IMG/VR virus record: IMGVR_UViG_3300006175_000011
Location: 3,017 to 67,016 of that record
DNA length: 64,000 nt
Origin: a virus
Reading direction: 5' to 3' (one strand)
Shown piece by piece: positions 9,490-18,314 of this stretch. A model generated the notes under the pieces. It searched no databases. It was given only the letters and a program-made list of their open reading frames with translations, and had not been told where the DNA came from. Position 1 is the stretch's first letter, and each line of letters starts with the position of its first letter. The position numbers were made by a program, and so were the translations under genes.

Positions 9490-9690
9490 ATGTCGACCAA
9501 AGCAAAGCGCAAGACTCGCGGCGATCTTCAACTGGAAGCCGAGAGCAAGAAGAAACTCCGGGCCGAGTTCGGTCTGGATTTCAAAGGATCGAAGATCTAT
9601 CAGAACTTGCCCGCGCAACTGCAGCCCAGCGACTACCATATCTTTCATCAACAGATGAAGAAGCTTCGTCGGCAAACGCGCAAACGCTGA
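9490..9690 (+). CDS. Hypothetical basic protein
   Basis: GGAG SD; abuts the upstream gene. Confidence 0.55.
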   Translation: MSTKAKRKTRGDLQLEAESKKKLRAEFGLDFKGSKIYQNLPAQLQPSDYHIFHQQMKKLRRQTRKR

Positions 9691-9712
9691 AGAATGTAAC
9701 GGCATCGAGGAG

Positions 9713-9768
9713 TTGCGTTATGGCTCCTCGTGTCGTATTGTCATAACATCGCAATTACGCGATGGAGG
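9713..9768 (+). promoter_or_regulatory. Early promoter + GCAATTACGC hairpin + SD
   Basis: TTGCGT-17-TATTGT, CATCGC-AATTAC-GCGATG, GGAGG. Confidence 0.75.
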
Positions 9769-9773
9769 AATAT

Positions 9774-9986
9774 ATGGCTACCGTAATCAATACGCCCGAC
9801 GGTATCAAGCGATACCAGGCGTTATGCGCGAAGCAAGGGCTCAAAGCCATCAAGCTCGGCCTGCGCATCAACACCGCCTACACCCCGAAGAACTGTCGCT
9901 TGATGGCTGAGAAGCTGACGGGCAAGAAGTTCAAGGCGCGGGACTACGACGGCATGATTGCCGCGCTCGAGGAGTTCATCGCATGA
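9774..9986 (+). CDS. Hypothetical protein
   Basis: GGAGG SD before ATG 9774 (later than the track start). Confidence 0.7.
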   Translation: MATVINTPDGIKRYQALCAKQGLKAIKLGLRINTAYTPKNCRLMAEKLTGKKFKARDYDGMIAALEEFIA

Positions 9987-10693
9987 ACGACAACATCGAA
10001 GATATCAAGCGCAAGATTACAGCGCTGTTGGCGAAGGCCAATAACACGGCTGCGACCGAAGCGGAAGCCGAAGCTTTCAACAAGAAAGCTCATGAGCTTA
10101 TGGCCAAGTACAATGTGGCTCGAGCCGACCTCGACGCGAAGGCGCCGGCCGAACGAGTTCATCTCGAATTGACTGTGCAGCTCCGACCTTGGTCGCAGTA
10201 TGTCTTGGGAGGCATCACCAAGCTTTATTACTGCACCTACTTCAGCCAAAAGCTGGATCACAAGGGGCGACAACACAAGATTACCATCGTCGGCGAGAAG
10301 CAGAACGCCGCGGTCTGTCATGCTATCATGGTCATGGTCTTGCGTTCAATCCAACAAGCGGCTCGCGCTGCCGGCGATGGTCGCTCGTTTATGACCGGGG
10401 CGGGGATGACGGTCGCAGCTCGATGCGCTGAGATGTATTCGGCAACTCACACCACCCTGACCAGCGGTGTCGGCGCCGAGCCTCATCGTCTCGAGCACAA
10501 TCGAGAAGCCAACGCTCTTGTCTCCCTGGCCGCGGGTGAACGCGAAGGAAATACGGAATACATCCAGAAGACACTCGGCATCAATCTCGGGGTTCGTCGG
10601 TCGAGAGGCGCACAGGTCAATGATGCAAGCGGCTTTAGCCGGGGCGTTGCTCACGGCAAGACTGTTCAACTACGTAGGAACTTGCTAGCATAA
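9983..10693 (+). CDS. DUF2786-domain protein
   Basis: KITALLAKA...EAEAEAFNKKAHELMAKY. Confidence 0.75.
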   Translation: MNDNIEDIKRKITALLAKANNTAATEAEAEAFNKKAHELMAKYNVARADLDAKAPAERVHLELTVQLRPWSQYVLGGITKLYYCTYFSQKLDHKGRQHKITIVGEKQNAAVCHAIMVMVLRSIQQAARAAGDGRSFMTGAGMTVAARCAEMYSATHTTLTSGVGAEPHRLEHNREANALVSLAAGEREGNTEYIQKTLGINLGVRRSRGAQVNDASGFSRGVAHGKTVQLRRNLLA

Positions 10694-10708
10694 GCAAGAA
10701 ATGATGAG

Positions 10709-10767
10709 TTGCGTTAAGGCGTTATTCGTCGTAACGTAACTTCATCGCAATTACGCGATAATAGGAG
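10709..10767 (+). promoter_or_regulatory. Early promoter + GCAATTACGC hairpin + SD
   Basis: TTGCGT-17-TAACGT, ATCGC-AATTAC-GCGAT, AGGAG. Confidence 0.75.
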
Positions 10768-10774
10768 TTATGAA

Positions 10775-10966
10775 ATGAGTATTCAGTCACTCGATGATCT
10801 TCCCGCCTCGGATTACAAGAAAGCTGAGAAATCTATCAAGGCTTTCCGATCAGGCAAGATCGATGCTGATTGTCTCTACGACGACCTCAGCAACCTCGGC
10901 TTGAACTCGGAATATGTAAGCGAGTTCGTTCAGCTCGAGGAACAAATCGAAGCGGGGGAGATCTGA
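10775..10966 (+). CDS. Hypothetical acidic protein
   Basis: AGGAG SD, own promoter. Confidence 0.65.
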   Translation: MSIQSLDDLPASDYKKAEKSIKAFRSGKIDADCLYDDLSNLGLNSEYVSEFVQLEEQIEAGEI

Positions 10967-10967
10967 C

Positions 10968-11306
10968 ATGGCGGGCTCATTAACCTGGCCGATTGACGAA
11001 GCTTTCAAGGCGATGACCGCACAGGCGGTTGCCAACAAGGCTCCAGTCAAGTTCGTCAAGGATCAAGGTGTCTACCTGATGGCTTTCGGAAAGAAGCCCA
11101 AGGAGAACAAGATCATCTATGCCAAGGGTTTCGATCCCAACAAGGTGGCTTTCGATGACTGGTATGACAAGGCGCATAGCGTCTGTGGCGGGGACGACTT
11201 CGCCGAGGACATACCGACGGCCTTCCTTGAGAAGCTCATCGCCAAGGGCTCGAAAGGTTTCCGTATCAAGCTCACCTCGAGGAACATGACTATGGAGGAA
11301 GTGTGA
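10968..11306 (+). CDS. DUF3085-like protein
   Basis: VKDQGVYLM..YAKGFDP..GGDDFAE. Confidence 0.75.
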   Translation: MAGSLTWPIDEAFKAMTAQAVANKAPVKFVKDQGVYLMAFGKKPKENKIIYAKGFDPNKVAFDDWYDKAHSVCGGDDFAEDIPTAFLEKLIAKGSKGFRIKLTSRNMTMEEV

Positions 11307-11584
11307 TGATCGGCCGGGAGATATTCGCCGCGGCAAAGGAGAACCTCGAGAGCAAGTCGGATCGTCAGGTTCGTCTCGATTTCTTAGCCGCTCGACGGTG
11401 GTTCGGGTGGGGCGATCTTGGTAAGAATTATGACGAACCGACCCGGGCGGGTCAGGTCGAAGCAATTCTCGGCGCAGACCCTGTAGTTGTTGAAGGCGGA
11501 GCTTTTGACTTCTGGGCATCTCGGGGGATCATATCCAAGCGCCGACTCAAGGCTTGGCGCAACAGCGATGAGGGGTTCTACTGA
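11303..11584 (+). CDS. Hypothetical protein
   Basis: GGAGG SD, coupled overlap. Confidence 0.55.
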   Translation: MMIGREIFAAAKENLESKSDRQVRLDFLAARRWFGWGDLGKNYDEPTRAGQVEAILGADPVVVEGGAFDFWASRGIISKRRLKAWRNSDEGFY

Positions 11585-12135
11585 TGAGCTACGTTTTCTA
11601 CATCACGGGACAGCGACCGAAGGACGAACACCGCCGGGCCTATGTGCCGGTCATCAAGGACAGCCACAACAGGTATGCTCGATGGTTCCTGTCTTACTTC
11701 CTCAGGGGTCAGGAATATATCCGTCAAGGCAATACTTTGATCTTGACCAATGGCGACCGTCTGCGATGCGACCGACTCGATGAGCTACTGCCGTTGATCC
11801 CGGAGCCAGACTTTCATCACCTGAAGCCTGAGGATCATCAGCGTATCTTATCCTTCAAACATGGCATATGGGAAGAACAATCGACACCCAAGACCATAGA
11901 CACCATCACTGGTCCCGAGCTGGCAACCGTGATCGATCAAACGACCGCCCGGGTGACACGAGCGACACGTCCCGACGGTTATGTCACGATTACCGACCTG
12001 TGCGTCGCCTCAGGAGTCCTGCCGAGCGATGCGCGAGCGATCCTACGAACGTCAGGACGAGAAAAACCGCCGTACGGCTGGGCGTTTGCACCAGAGGAGA
12101 TACCGATCATTAAGAAATTGGTGGGCATCAGGTAG
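11584..12135 (+). CDS. Two-domain protein with C-terminal HTH-like domain; paralogue of 32188-32940
   Basis: YVTITDLC..SGVLPSDARAILR..KPPYGWAF. Confidence 0.7.
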   Translation: MSYVFYITGQRPKDEHRRAYVPVIKDSHNRYARWFLSYFLRGQEYIRQGNTLILTNGDRLRCDRLDELLPLIPEPDFHHLKPEDHQRILSFKHGIWEEQSTPKTIDTITGPELATVIDQTTARVTRATRPDGYVTITDLCVASGVLPSDARAILRTSGREKPPYGWAFAPEEIPIIKKLVGIR

Positions 12136-12191
12136 TTGATTGCGGAACCTGTATCGTTCATAATTCACGCAATCGCAATCACGCGATGGAG
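12136..12191 (+). promoter_or_regulatory. Early promoter + GCAATCACGC hairpin + SD
   Basis: TTGATT-17-CATAAT, ATCGC-AATCAC-GCGAT, GGAG. Confidence 0.7.
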
Positions 12192-12197
12192 AACATA

Positions 12198-12485
12198 ATG
12201 TCAAGGCCCATGTTATCTTTGAAGGCTCCCATCACTCGATGGAGAGTAGAGACCGCACAGATGGTGCGGATGCCTCAGGAAGTCGAGGCGTTGTCGCTCG
12301 AGGTATTACGCGAGCAACTACAATGCTATGCGGATACGTATCGAACGCGACCAGGCTTCCCGCCGCTCGGCTTGCTCACGTTTCGCTACGAGACCGATAA
12401 TCGTCTTCGCGTGAAGGTTGTTCACGCATACTTCACGGGTCGGGACAGGAAGCTCAAGCGCTTCGCTCGTCTGCGGAGGACGTGA
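12198..12485 (+). CDS. Hypothetical protein
   Basis: GGAG SD before ATG 12198. Confidence 0.6.
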   Translation: MSRPMLSLKAPITRWRVETAQMVRMPQEVEALSLEVLREQLQCYADTYRTRPGFPPLGLLTFRYETDNRLRVKVVHAYFTGRDRKLKRFARLRRT

Positions 12486-12775
12486 TCGTGGAAAGGTATG
12501 AAGACATCGAGGAATACCGAGGGTATGTCCTCATGGTTGATCGTCTTCGTGAAGATCATCCCTGGTTCGAGGTATGGTTCTCGGACGGCACTACGGTCAT
12601 CCCGGAAATCAGTCGCTTCTGCTTCAACTGGACTCAGGCACGGTTCAATTGGTTGATCGACCACGCATTCCCATCAGCACCCGTGGTTCACTCACCCCTC
12701 GGCGATATCCATGTACCTTGGTCCAATCGAACGATTGACCTTGCGAGGGGAGCATCCGATGCCGAGACCTCGTAA
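12482..12775 (+). CDS. Hypothetical protein
   Basis: GGAGG SD, GTGA coupling. Confidence 0.6.
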   Translation: MIVERYEDIEEYRGYVLMVDRLREDHPWFEVWFSDGTTVIPEISRFCFNWTQARFNWLIDHAFPSAPVVHSPLGDIHVPWSNRTIDLARGASDAETS

Positions 12776-13037
12776 GGTTGTCACGACTAAGATTGATGCG
12801 GTAGAGCTGCATAGCTCGGCGATCCAACGGGCCATAAAGCTGCATAGTCCGTTCGAGATAGTTGCCGGTGATCTTGTAGGTCGTGATCCTGATGTTTACT
12901 GCGTAGTTTATACTGCGCCGCTCGGGGGTGATCGCAAAGTCATGGCCGAGCGGACTGTGCGAGCTAATGCAAAGACCCTACGAGACATGCTTAGCGAAGC
13001 ATGGGCGGAGGGCATGTGGTCTTCGGGCAGAACATAA
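12711..13037 (+). CDS. Hypothetical protein (true start probably at MPRPRK)
   Basis: GGGAG SD before the internal ATG. Confidence 0.55.
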   Translation: MYLGPIERLTLRGEHPMPRPRKVVTTKIDAVELHSSAIQRAIKLHSPFEIVAGDLVGRDPDVYCVVYTAPLGGDRKVMAERTVRANAKTLRDMLSEAWAEGMWSSGRT

Positions 13038-13040
13038 CAG

Positions 13041-13106
13041 TTGACGTGTAGACGCCATCGTCGCATTATGTATGTGTCCATGCAATGACGCATGACATAA
13101 ACGGAG
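13041..13106 (+). promoter_or_regulatory. Early promoter + GCAATGACGC hairpin + SD
   Basis: TTGACG-17-CATTAT, CATGC-AATGAC-GCATG, GGAG. Confidence 0.75.
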
Positions 13107-13107
13107 A

Positions 13108-13407
13108 ATGTCCATGAACGTCCGTGAATACTTTCAGATGAGGATGTCGCCTGTCTGCGGCGGTGCTATCATCTTTCTCGACAAAGTCCACCCGAACAAT
13201 GATCCCAAGGATCATACCACATTCGGTGAGATCCTCGCAACAATGCCTGCCGACTCGCCCTGCGGCACGGAATGCATCAGCGCTATCGACAACGCGGCTG
13301 CCGTATGTCAGGATATCCGTAACGCGTTCGGTGATGACAAGACTCGCTTGTTCGAGAACGTCGTCTACGCCAACCTTCGCACGCTCTCGTGCTTCATCTG
13401 TGGATAA
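13108..13407 (+). CDS. Hypothetical Cys-rich protein
   Basis: ORF downstream of a promoter and SD. Confidence 0.6.
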   Translation: MSMNVREYFQMRMSPVCGGAIIFLDKVHPNNDPKDHTTFGEILATMPADSPCGTECISAIDNAAAVCQDIRNAFGDDKTRLFENVVYANLRTLSCFICG

Positions 13408-13419
13408 GGAGAAATACTG

Positions 13420-13938
13420 ATGTCCGACAAGTCGTATGTTCTGTCCGAAGAGCTTCGAGCCGAGCTCATGTCAATCCTCGAAGATGTCTATGAAGGCTAT
13501 CAAGGCGTATCGGGTCCACCCATCCCAATTGAAACCTTGATGGGCATCTTCAGAGAACCCATCACCCTCGACGTTCCCATCATTCCGTGGCTGTCGCCGC
13601 CTTTCACCGATGAAGATCGTAGCCGCATGATCCAAGACGTCATGAGCGAGATTCAAGATACTCTCAAGGGGGTTGCCGAGCATATGCTCGACGGCTATGA
13701 GTTCTTGGAGCTCGTCGGCTATGCTTCGCCTTACGATGTCGATGAGCTTGTCCGCATGCTTCAGCATCTCGACAATACTGAAGAATTGTACGTCACAGGT
13801 GAGTTCTTACGCGAGTCTGGAGAAGATGAAGATGACCTGCCCGGTCAGCTCGATTTCGCCAAGCGTATGGGCCTCATCAACGAAGAAGAGACTGAGCTCA
13901 CGGAGCTTGGCAAGGAATTTGTCAAGGAACGCATATAG
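13420..13938 (+). CDS. Hypothetical very acidic protein, possible C-terminal wHTH wing
   Basis: AAGGAG SD; MGLINEEETELTELGKEFV. Confidence 0.6.
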   Translation: MSDKSYVLSEELRAELMSILEDVYEGYQGVSGPPIPIETLMGIFREPITLDVPIIPWLSPPFTDEDRSRMIQDVMSEIQDTLKGVAEHMLDGYEFLELVGYASPYDVDELVRMLQHLDNTEELYVTGEFLRESGEDEDDLPGQLDFAKRMGLINEEETELTELGKEFVKERI

Positions 13939-13948
13939 CATGTTGAAG

Positions 13949-14002
13949 TTGACATGAGCAGCTTAACGCGCGATTGTATGTGATCGCAATAACGCGATGG
14001 AG
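13949..14002 (+). promoter_or_regulatory. Early promoter + GCAATAACGC hairpin + SD
   Basis: TTGACA-17-GATTGT, ATCGC-AATAAC-GCGAT, GGAG. Confidence 0.75.
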
Positions 14003-14009
14003 ACTTGAA

Positions 14010-14147
14010 ATGCGTTCGTTCAGCTATGTCCTCTTGATGGTCCTTTCCTTCGTCGTCTTCGGCGCGCTCCTTGAGGTTGTCGCCACGACGGTTCAGGCCT
14101 CGATTGATCGTTCCGCGGCGATCATCGATAACTCGACTTCGCGGTAA
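14010..14147 (+). CDS. 45-aa membrane peptide (not in ORF track)
   Basis: MRSFSYVLLMVLSFVVFGALLEVVATTVQASIDRSAAIIDNSTSR, directly after promoter and SD. Confidence 0.65.
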   Translation: MRSFSYVLLMVLSFVVFGALLEVVATTVQASIDRSAAIIDNSTSR

Positions 14148-14157
14148 GGAGTAACCC

Positions 14158-14397
14158 ATGAGTCATATCAGCCACGAGGTAGCGTCGGCTATCTCGAATA
14201 AGTTTTTCTCGGAACATACGCCGGTGACCTCACAACCCGCACAGGATCGGGTGAAGTTGGTCTACGATGGCGTGACTTATTATGCGGTCGTTCTCACCGA
14301 AGAGGAAATGCTCAAGACTCGAGACGCCCTCAATCATGCGGAAGAAGATGATTTTCACGGAGCGTTGGACATCTTGATCGAGCGTTTCGCGGTTTAA
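14158..14397 (+). CDS. Hypothetical protein
   Basis: AAGGAG SD. Confidence 0.65.
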   Translation: MSHISHEVASAISNKFFSEHTPVTSQPAQDRVKLVYDGVTYYAVVLTEEEMLKTRDALNHAEEDDFHGALDILIERFAV

Positions 14398-14402
14398 ACC
14401 AG

Positions 14403-14470
14403 TTGCGCTTCAGCGTCCGTTGTCGTAACGTGTAATTGTCGATATGCAATGACGCATTGCGACAACGGAG
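14403..14470 (+). promoter_or_regulatory. Early promoter + extended GCAATGACGC hairpin + SD
   Basis: TTGCGC-17-TAACGT, TTGTCG.ATGC-AATGAC-GCAT.CGACAA, GGAG. Confidence 0.75.
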
Positions 14471-14475
14471 TTTGA

Positions 14476-14748
14476 ATGATGACCAACCCGGCCAATGATT
14501 ATCTCATCGCCGCGTTCCGTGCTTACTTCGCCGACGCGGGCGATATCACCGTCGATTTCGACGGCGATGAAAGGATCCTGGTTCATGTCCTTCGGCCGAC
14601 GAACGTGGCTGACAACTTCCGCCTCGTCTCGTGGGAATGCGTAATCGGCTCCGACGATGATCGTTACCTCTTCGTCCGCGCCCCTTATCTCGCATGGGAC
14701 GGCGACGTTAATCGCGTCTTGACCGTTCCTCTGATGCCGGAGGCCTGA
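14476..14748 (+). CDS. Hypothetical protein
   Basis: GGAG SD, own promoter. Confidence 0.65.
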   Translation: MMTNPANDYLIAAFRAYFADAGDITVDFDGDERILVHVLRPTNVADNFRLVSWECVIGSDDDRYLFVRAPYLAWDGDVNRVLTVPLMPEA

Positions 14749-14749
14749 C

Positions 14750-14962
14750 ATGCCGCAACTCATCCAGATCAATCGCTTCCCGACATCGGGCTGCGAAGCC
14801 GCATTTCGATGCGGAAGGGAATTTGCGGACAACTGTCTGCCGATCACCGACATCCCATTAGCGCTGTCATTCTGTGACACGCCGCAGGAAGAAACGTGGT
14901 TGTTGATAGGCATCGACTACGAAAAGCTCGAGATGCTCACCGCTATGGAAAGGAGACGGTAG
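14750..14962 (+). CDS. Hypothetical protein
   Basis: GGAGG SD. Confidence 0.55.
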   Translation: MPQLIQINRFPTSGCEAAFRCGREFADNCLPITDIPLALSFCDTPQEETWLLIGIDYEKLEMLTAMERRR

Positions 14963-15286
14963 ATGGTACAGGGTAAGTTGATGACGTTCGCTTGCGTCCA
15001 TTGTGGAATGATCCACACAGCCGGTGAAGCGCCATTCATCCTTCGTGATGTCTACAAACCCGAGTGTATGGATTTGGGTCATCGCGAAAGTCTCATCTGC
15101 GAGCTCAAGCAAGTGAGTCCGCTCCGTCGTGATGTCTGCGAAGTCGTGATTGCTCGACTGATGGAATACGACGATGATGTTTTCGAGATCACGAAGTTCG
15201 AGACTCGTGAACCGGCTGTCGGCATCATTATCCATTATATCGATCTCCATGGGCATGAGCTTACCTACATGGAAAGGCCTCGATAA
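14963..15286 (+). CDS. Hypothetical protein
   Basis: AGGAG SD, tandem arrangement. Confidence 0.55.
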   Translation: MVQGKLMTFACVHCGMIHTAGEAPFILRDVYKPECMDLGHRESLICELKQVSPLRRDVCEVVIARLMEYDDDVFEITKFETREPAVGIIIHYIDLHGHELTYMERPR

Positions 15287-15708
15287 TGGTAGCTCGTCAA
15301 AAGCGCGGACATCTTCCGCCTGTCGATCCACAGCTCAAGGCTGCGATCAACGCCAACCTCAAATACATCCGTAGCGGTCAAGCTGCACGCGATAAGGCTG
15401 CAGCCGCGGGTGTTCGACGCGAACAACGTCGTCGGCTGAAGGAGCTCAACAGACTCGTCAAGCAACTCAACAAGAAAGAGGACAGTTTGCGTGACGAGCT
15501 CGTGCAGACCGATCGGTTCTTCGAGCAATGTGAAGCCAGCGACAATCCCTTGGGTTATGCGGAAGGCATGACGGCCGCACAGAAGCAAGGCTTGCTTGAG
15601 GAGATCGACTCTGCCCGTGAGGGTTGTCTCACAGAACTACTCAAGGTGGAAACTGACCGTGACATCGCCTTGAAGGAAATCATCCACTTGGAAGGAAAAC
15701 TATCATGA
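15286..15708 (+). CDS. Hypothetical coiled-coil protein
   Basis: Coupled start, heptad-like composition. Confidence 0.55.
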   Translation: MVARQKRGHLPPVDPQLKAAINANLKYIRSGQAARDKAAAAGVRREQRRRLKELNRLVKQLNKKEDSLRDELVQTDRFFEQCEASDNPLGYAEGMTAAQKQGLLEEIDSAREGCLTELLKVETDRDIALKEIIHLEGKLS

Positions 15709-15872
15709 AGTCTTATCCGATGATGTTGGGCATGTTCTTCTTTGCCTTGATCGTGGCAAGCGTGAACATCCACAAAGCCGAATACGGTTGGGCGACGTGG
15801 TTCATCGGCATCGCGCTGCTCACGCTCGTATGGATCGGCGTAGCACTATTCAAGGAGAACCACCATGGCTGA
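15705..15872 (+). CDS. 55-aa two-TM membrane protein (not in ORF track)
   Basis: MKSYPMMLGMFFFALIVASV...WATWFIGIALLTLVWIGVALF; ATGA coupling. Confidence 0.55.
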   Translation: MKSYPMMLGMFFFALIVASVNIHKAEYGWATWFIGIALLTLVWIGVALFKENHHG

Positions 15873-16029
15873 AGAGTATTACGTCGAGATCATCGAGATC
15901 AAGACCATGAAGGTCGAGAGCCGCATGGGGCCATACTCCTCGAAGCGGGTGGCCGAACAATGCAAGCGTGGTGCGGACATCAATCTTAACCACGCTGAAT
16001 ACTATGTCGATCTGAGAAAGGTGAAGTAA
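15865..16029 (+). CDS. 54-aa hypothetical protein (not in ORF track)
   Basis: AAGGAG SD; MAEEYYVEIIEIKTMKVESRMGPYSSKRVAEQC... Confidence 0.65.
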   Translation: MAEEYYVEIIEIKTMKVESRMGPYSSKRVAEQCKRGADINLNHAEYYVDLRKVK

Positions 16030-16030
16030 C

Positions 16031-16396
16031 ATGGCTGAGTGGAAATACATCATGCTCGAGCACGACACCGAACAGGCTACGAGCAACTACCCGATCATCT
16101 TCCCCGGACACATGATCCACAGTGACGTGGCCGAACGGGTGATGAGAGTGCCGATCTTAAACCAGATCCATCGGCTGCAGCCCGTGTCTGCCGGCTTCAT
16201 CAACTTCATAGCCAGCGGCTGTTCGGGTGAAAGCGAGAGTATGCGACTCGCATCACGGCCGGAGGATCGTGCGATCATCAACCTGATGCCGTACAGCAAC
16301 GGTAGAAGGGATGCTATGCTCGCAATCGAGCCGATGATGCTCATGAAGCACGTCGAGCACTGCCTCGCGCTTATCAAGGACCTGAACGATGACTAA
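16031..16396 (+). CDS. Hypothetical phage protein
   Basis: KYIM..PIIFP..HSDVA..PVSAGF..GESES pattern; AAGGTG SD. Confidence 0.6.
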   Translation: MAEWKYIMLEHDTEQATSNYPIIFPGHMIHSDVAERVMRVPILNQIHRLQPVSAGFINFIASGCSGESESMRLASRPEDRAIINLMPYSNGRRDAMLAIEPMMLMKHVEHCLALIKDLNDD

Positions 16397-16559
16397 CAGG
16401 CCTATACCGCACAGGTCGTGGTCACCGTGGTTTAAGCGTCGGCATCAGGCCAGAAGACTTCATAAACACATCCAGGAACAGTTGCTGACTCGGCAATATA
16501 TGTATAGCAGAGGTCTCGGCGATGTCATCTATCAACTTAACGATTGGCTCGGTAGCTAC

Positions 16560-16739
16560 TCACGGCACTAATTGCCAGATCTTATGCTCGAAGTCGTGCT
16601 TACCTCTCTTGAAGTATGCTTCCGCAGATGGTAAGTCTTTCTCAATATAATCCTGCGCGGATTTAAGGGTTGTGGTTATGCAGCGCACTTCGGGCATAAT
16701 TTCCTTGCTGCTCTCAATGGTTACCATATACTTCATCAT
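16560..16739 (-). CDS. Hypothetical protein
   Basis: AGGAG SD, coupled to the upstream minus gene. Confidence 0.45.
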   Translation of the reverse strand: MMKYMVTIESSKEIMPEVRCITTTLKSAQDYIEKDLPSAEAYFKRGKHDFEHKIWQLVP

Positions 16740-17284
16740 TAGTCTTCTCCTGTTTCTGGTAGCGACCATACGCTGTCGCCTGCGGGTACTCGATCTTTAA
16801 CTACGCCAAGAGCTTTTGCAGCTGTGCGGAGTTGCTTACGGCTGTACCCGCCGCTATTCGCTGCCTTTTGGATATCTTCCCAATTCATAGGTCCGTGGGA
16901 TAATAAGTTTCTTATGTGGACTTCGCATTCACGGTACTGATAAGATTGTATCTCGATCTCTTCAAGTAGTTCTGTGGAGTTAGGTATCCGGGCGAGTGCA
17001 TCGCGGACATATGCTGCGTGAGCTCGTGCAGGTGAACCTCTGCGGCCTTTGATCCCAATCATCATATGCTTGATAGCTGTACGGAGGATTAGGTTCCACC
17101 ATGGCCATTGTGGAGGTTGCTTGATCCACCTATCCCATGTCCTACGGTCTATTGCCAAGATACGGCAGGTTGCGCTGATATTGCCATTTGTGGCTTCATA
17201 TAACAGATCTGTCAGAGCCTCGAACTCCTTGAGATCTAGCGTTGGAAGATCTGCGAATTGATTATATCTTTTCTTGACTTTCAT
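16739..17284 (-). CDS. Double HTH/wHTH DNA-binding protein, candidate origin-binding protein
   Basis: GNISATCRILAIDRRTWDRW HTH; C-terminus resembles the wHTH tail of the primase-helicase. Confidence 0.6.
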   Translation of the reverse strand: MKVKKRYNQFADLPTLDLKEFEALTDLLYEATNGNISATCRILAIDRRTWDRWIKQPPQWPWWNLILRTAIKHMMIGIKGRRGSPARAHAAYVRDALARIPNSTELLEEIEIQSYQYRECEVHIRNLLSHGPMNWEDIQKAANSGGYSRKQLRTAAKALGVVKDRVPAGDSVWSLPETGED

Positions 17285-17379
17285 GGTTACGGCCTTGTTT
17301 AACGTAATGGGTTGGTGCTTACAAACACAAGTATACCTTTTTTTCGCCTTAATGTCAAACCACTGTGCTCTTATGCTCA

Positions 17380-17750
17380 AATACGGGTTGGTTGGTCTTG
17401 TATTTGGGTAAAGATTAGCATAAATGGCATACTGGCGTAATGGATTTACATATATGTAAAAAAAGAGAGAGTTGTTTTGTATTCGCGCGAACCTTTTGGC
17501 CCACGTGATTTATTGTCAATGGATATGAGTCTGTATAATAGTCTTATGGGACCAGCTGGACCAGCCGAGAGACGGGCCAAATATAGACCACGTAATTACG
17601 TGTCTCTGTTAGAGACCGCGTAGAACGGGTAGCAGCTTGGCCAACATCTTGTCTATGCAGACAGCTAACTAAGTGGCACTAAGATGCGTGTCACTGGAAG
17701 ATACAGATAGCTATTGAGTCTGGCCAAGCCAGAATACTCGATGGAAATAA
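17380..17750. other. AT-rich, palindrome-rich noncoding region; candidate origin or genome-end region
   Basis: TTTACATATATGTAAA, TTCGCGCGAA and CACGTAATTACGTG palindromes; no ORF. Confidence 0.4.
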
Positions 17751-17754
17751 ACAG

Positions 17755-17809
17755 TTGATCTCTGGATATTTATGTTCGATTGTGTATTATCGCAATGACG
17801 CGATGGGAG
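17755..17809 (+). promoter_or_regulatory. Early promoter + GCAATGACGC hairpin + SD
   Basis: TTGATC-17-GATTGT, ATCGC-AATGAC-GCGAT, GGGAG. Confidence 0.75.
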
Positions 17810-17816
17810 CTACGAC

Positions 17817-18020
17817 ATGATTATCAAAACCACATTGGTCATCGGCTGCGATGCGACGGACCCGTCTGCCAATGACGTGACATTGGATCTACGCGAGCTG
17901 CTCGTGACAAAGCTCCAATCGATTGGTCGTTGCGAATTGGTCGGGATGATCGATGACGGCTTGATTGTCGAATTGGATCTCGACGTAGCCGATCCGTCCG
18001 TATATCGCGTGGCCGATTGA
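17817..18020 (+). CDS. Hypothetical acidic protein, monocistronic
   Basis: Own promoter, SD and downstream hairpin. Confidence 0.65.
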   Translation: MIIKTTLVIGCDATDPSANDVTLDLRELLVTKLQSIGRCELVGMIDDGLIVELDLDVADPSVYRVAD

Positions 18021-18233
18021 TAATGATGCGGGTCTCACGGCCCGTTTCATTTGGGCAACGATTGGCTTGGCCAAGCTTAGTGTTAGAGACCGTATGGTAC
18101 GGGTAGCGCATCTGTGGGAATAAGGCGGATTGGCCAATCTCACTATCTCTGGTTGGGCCAGCCATGTACACATGGAGCTTATGATGCGTGCATACGCGTG
18201 CATTTAATGCATGTACGATTGCATTATTTGCAA

Positions 18234-18293
18234 TCGACAACATGCGATTGCGTTCGTATATTGATGACATCGAAACGCAATGACGCGTTCGAT
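18234..18293 (+). promoter_or_regulatory. Island promoter + GCAATGACGC hairpin
   Basis: TCGACA-17-TATATT, ATCGAA.CGC-AATGAC-GCG.TTCGAT. Confidence 0.65.
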
Positions 18294-18314
18294 ATGATGA
18301 AAGTGAAACACGCA

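Larger units (their letters stand above)
17607..18107 (+). repeat. 27-bp imperfect direct repeat pair (17607-17633, 18081-18107)
   Basis: TGTTAGAGACCGnnTnGnACGGGTAGC, 23/27 identical. Confidence 0.75.

Noticed and set aside
9747-18293. GCAATNACGC copies as CRISPR repeats or terminators
   Set aside because: They are irregularly spaced by kilobases, lack U-tracts, and always lie between a -10 element and an SD
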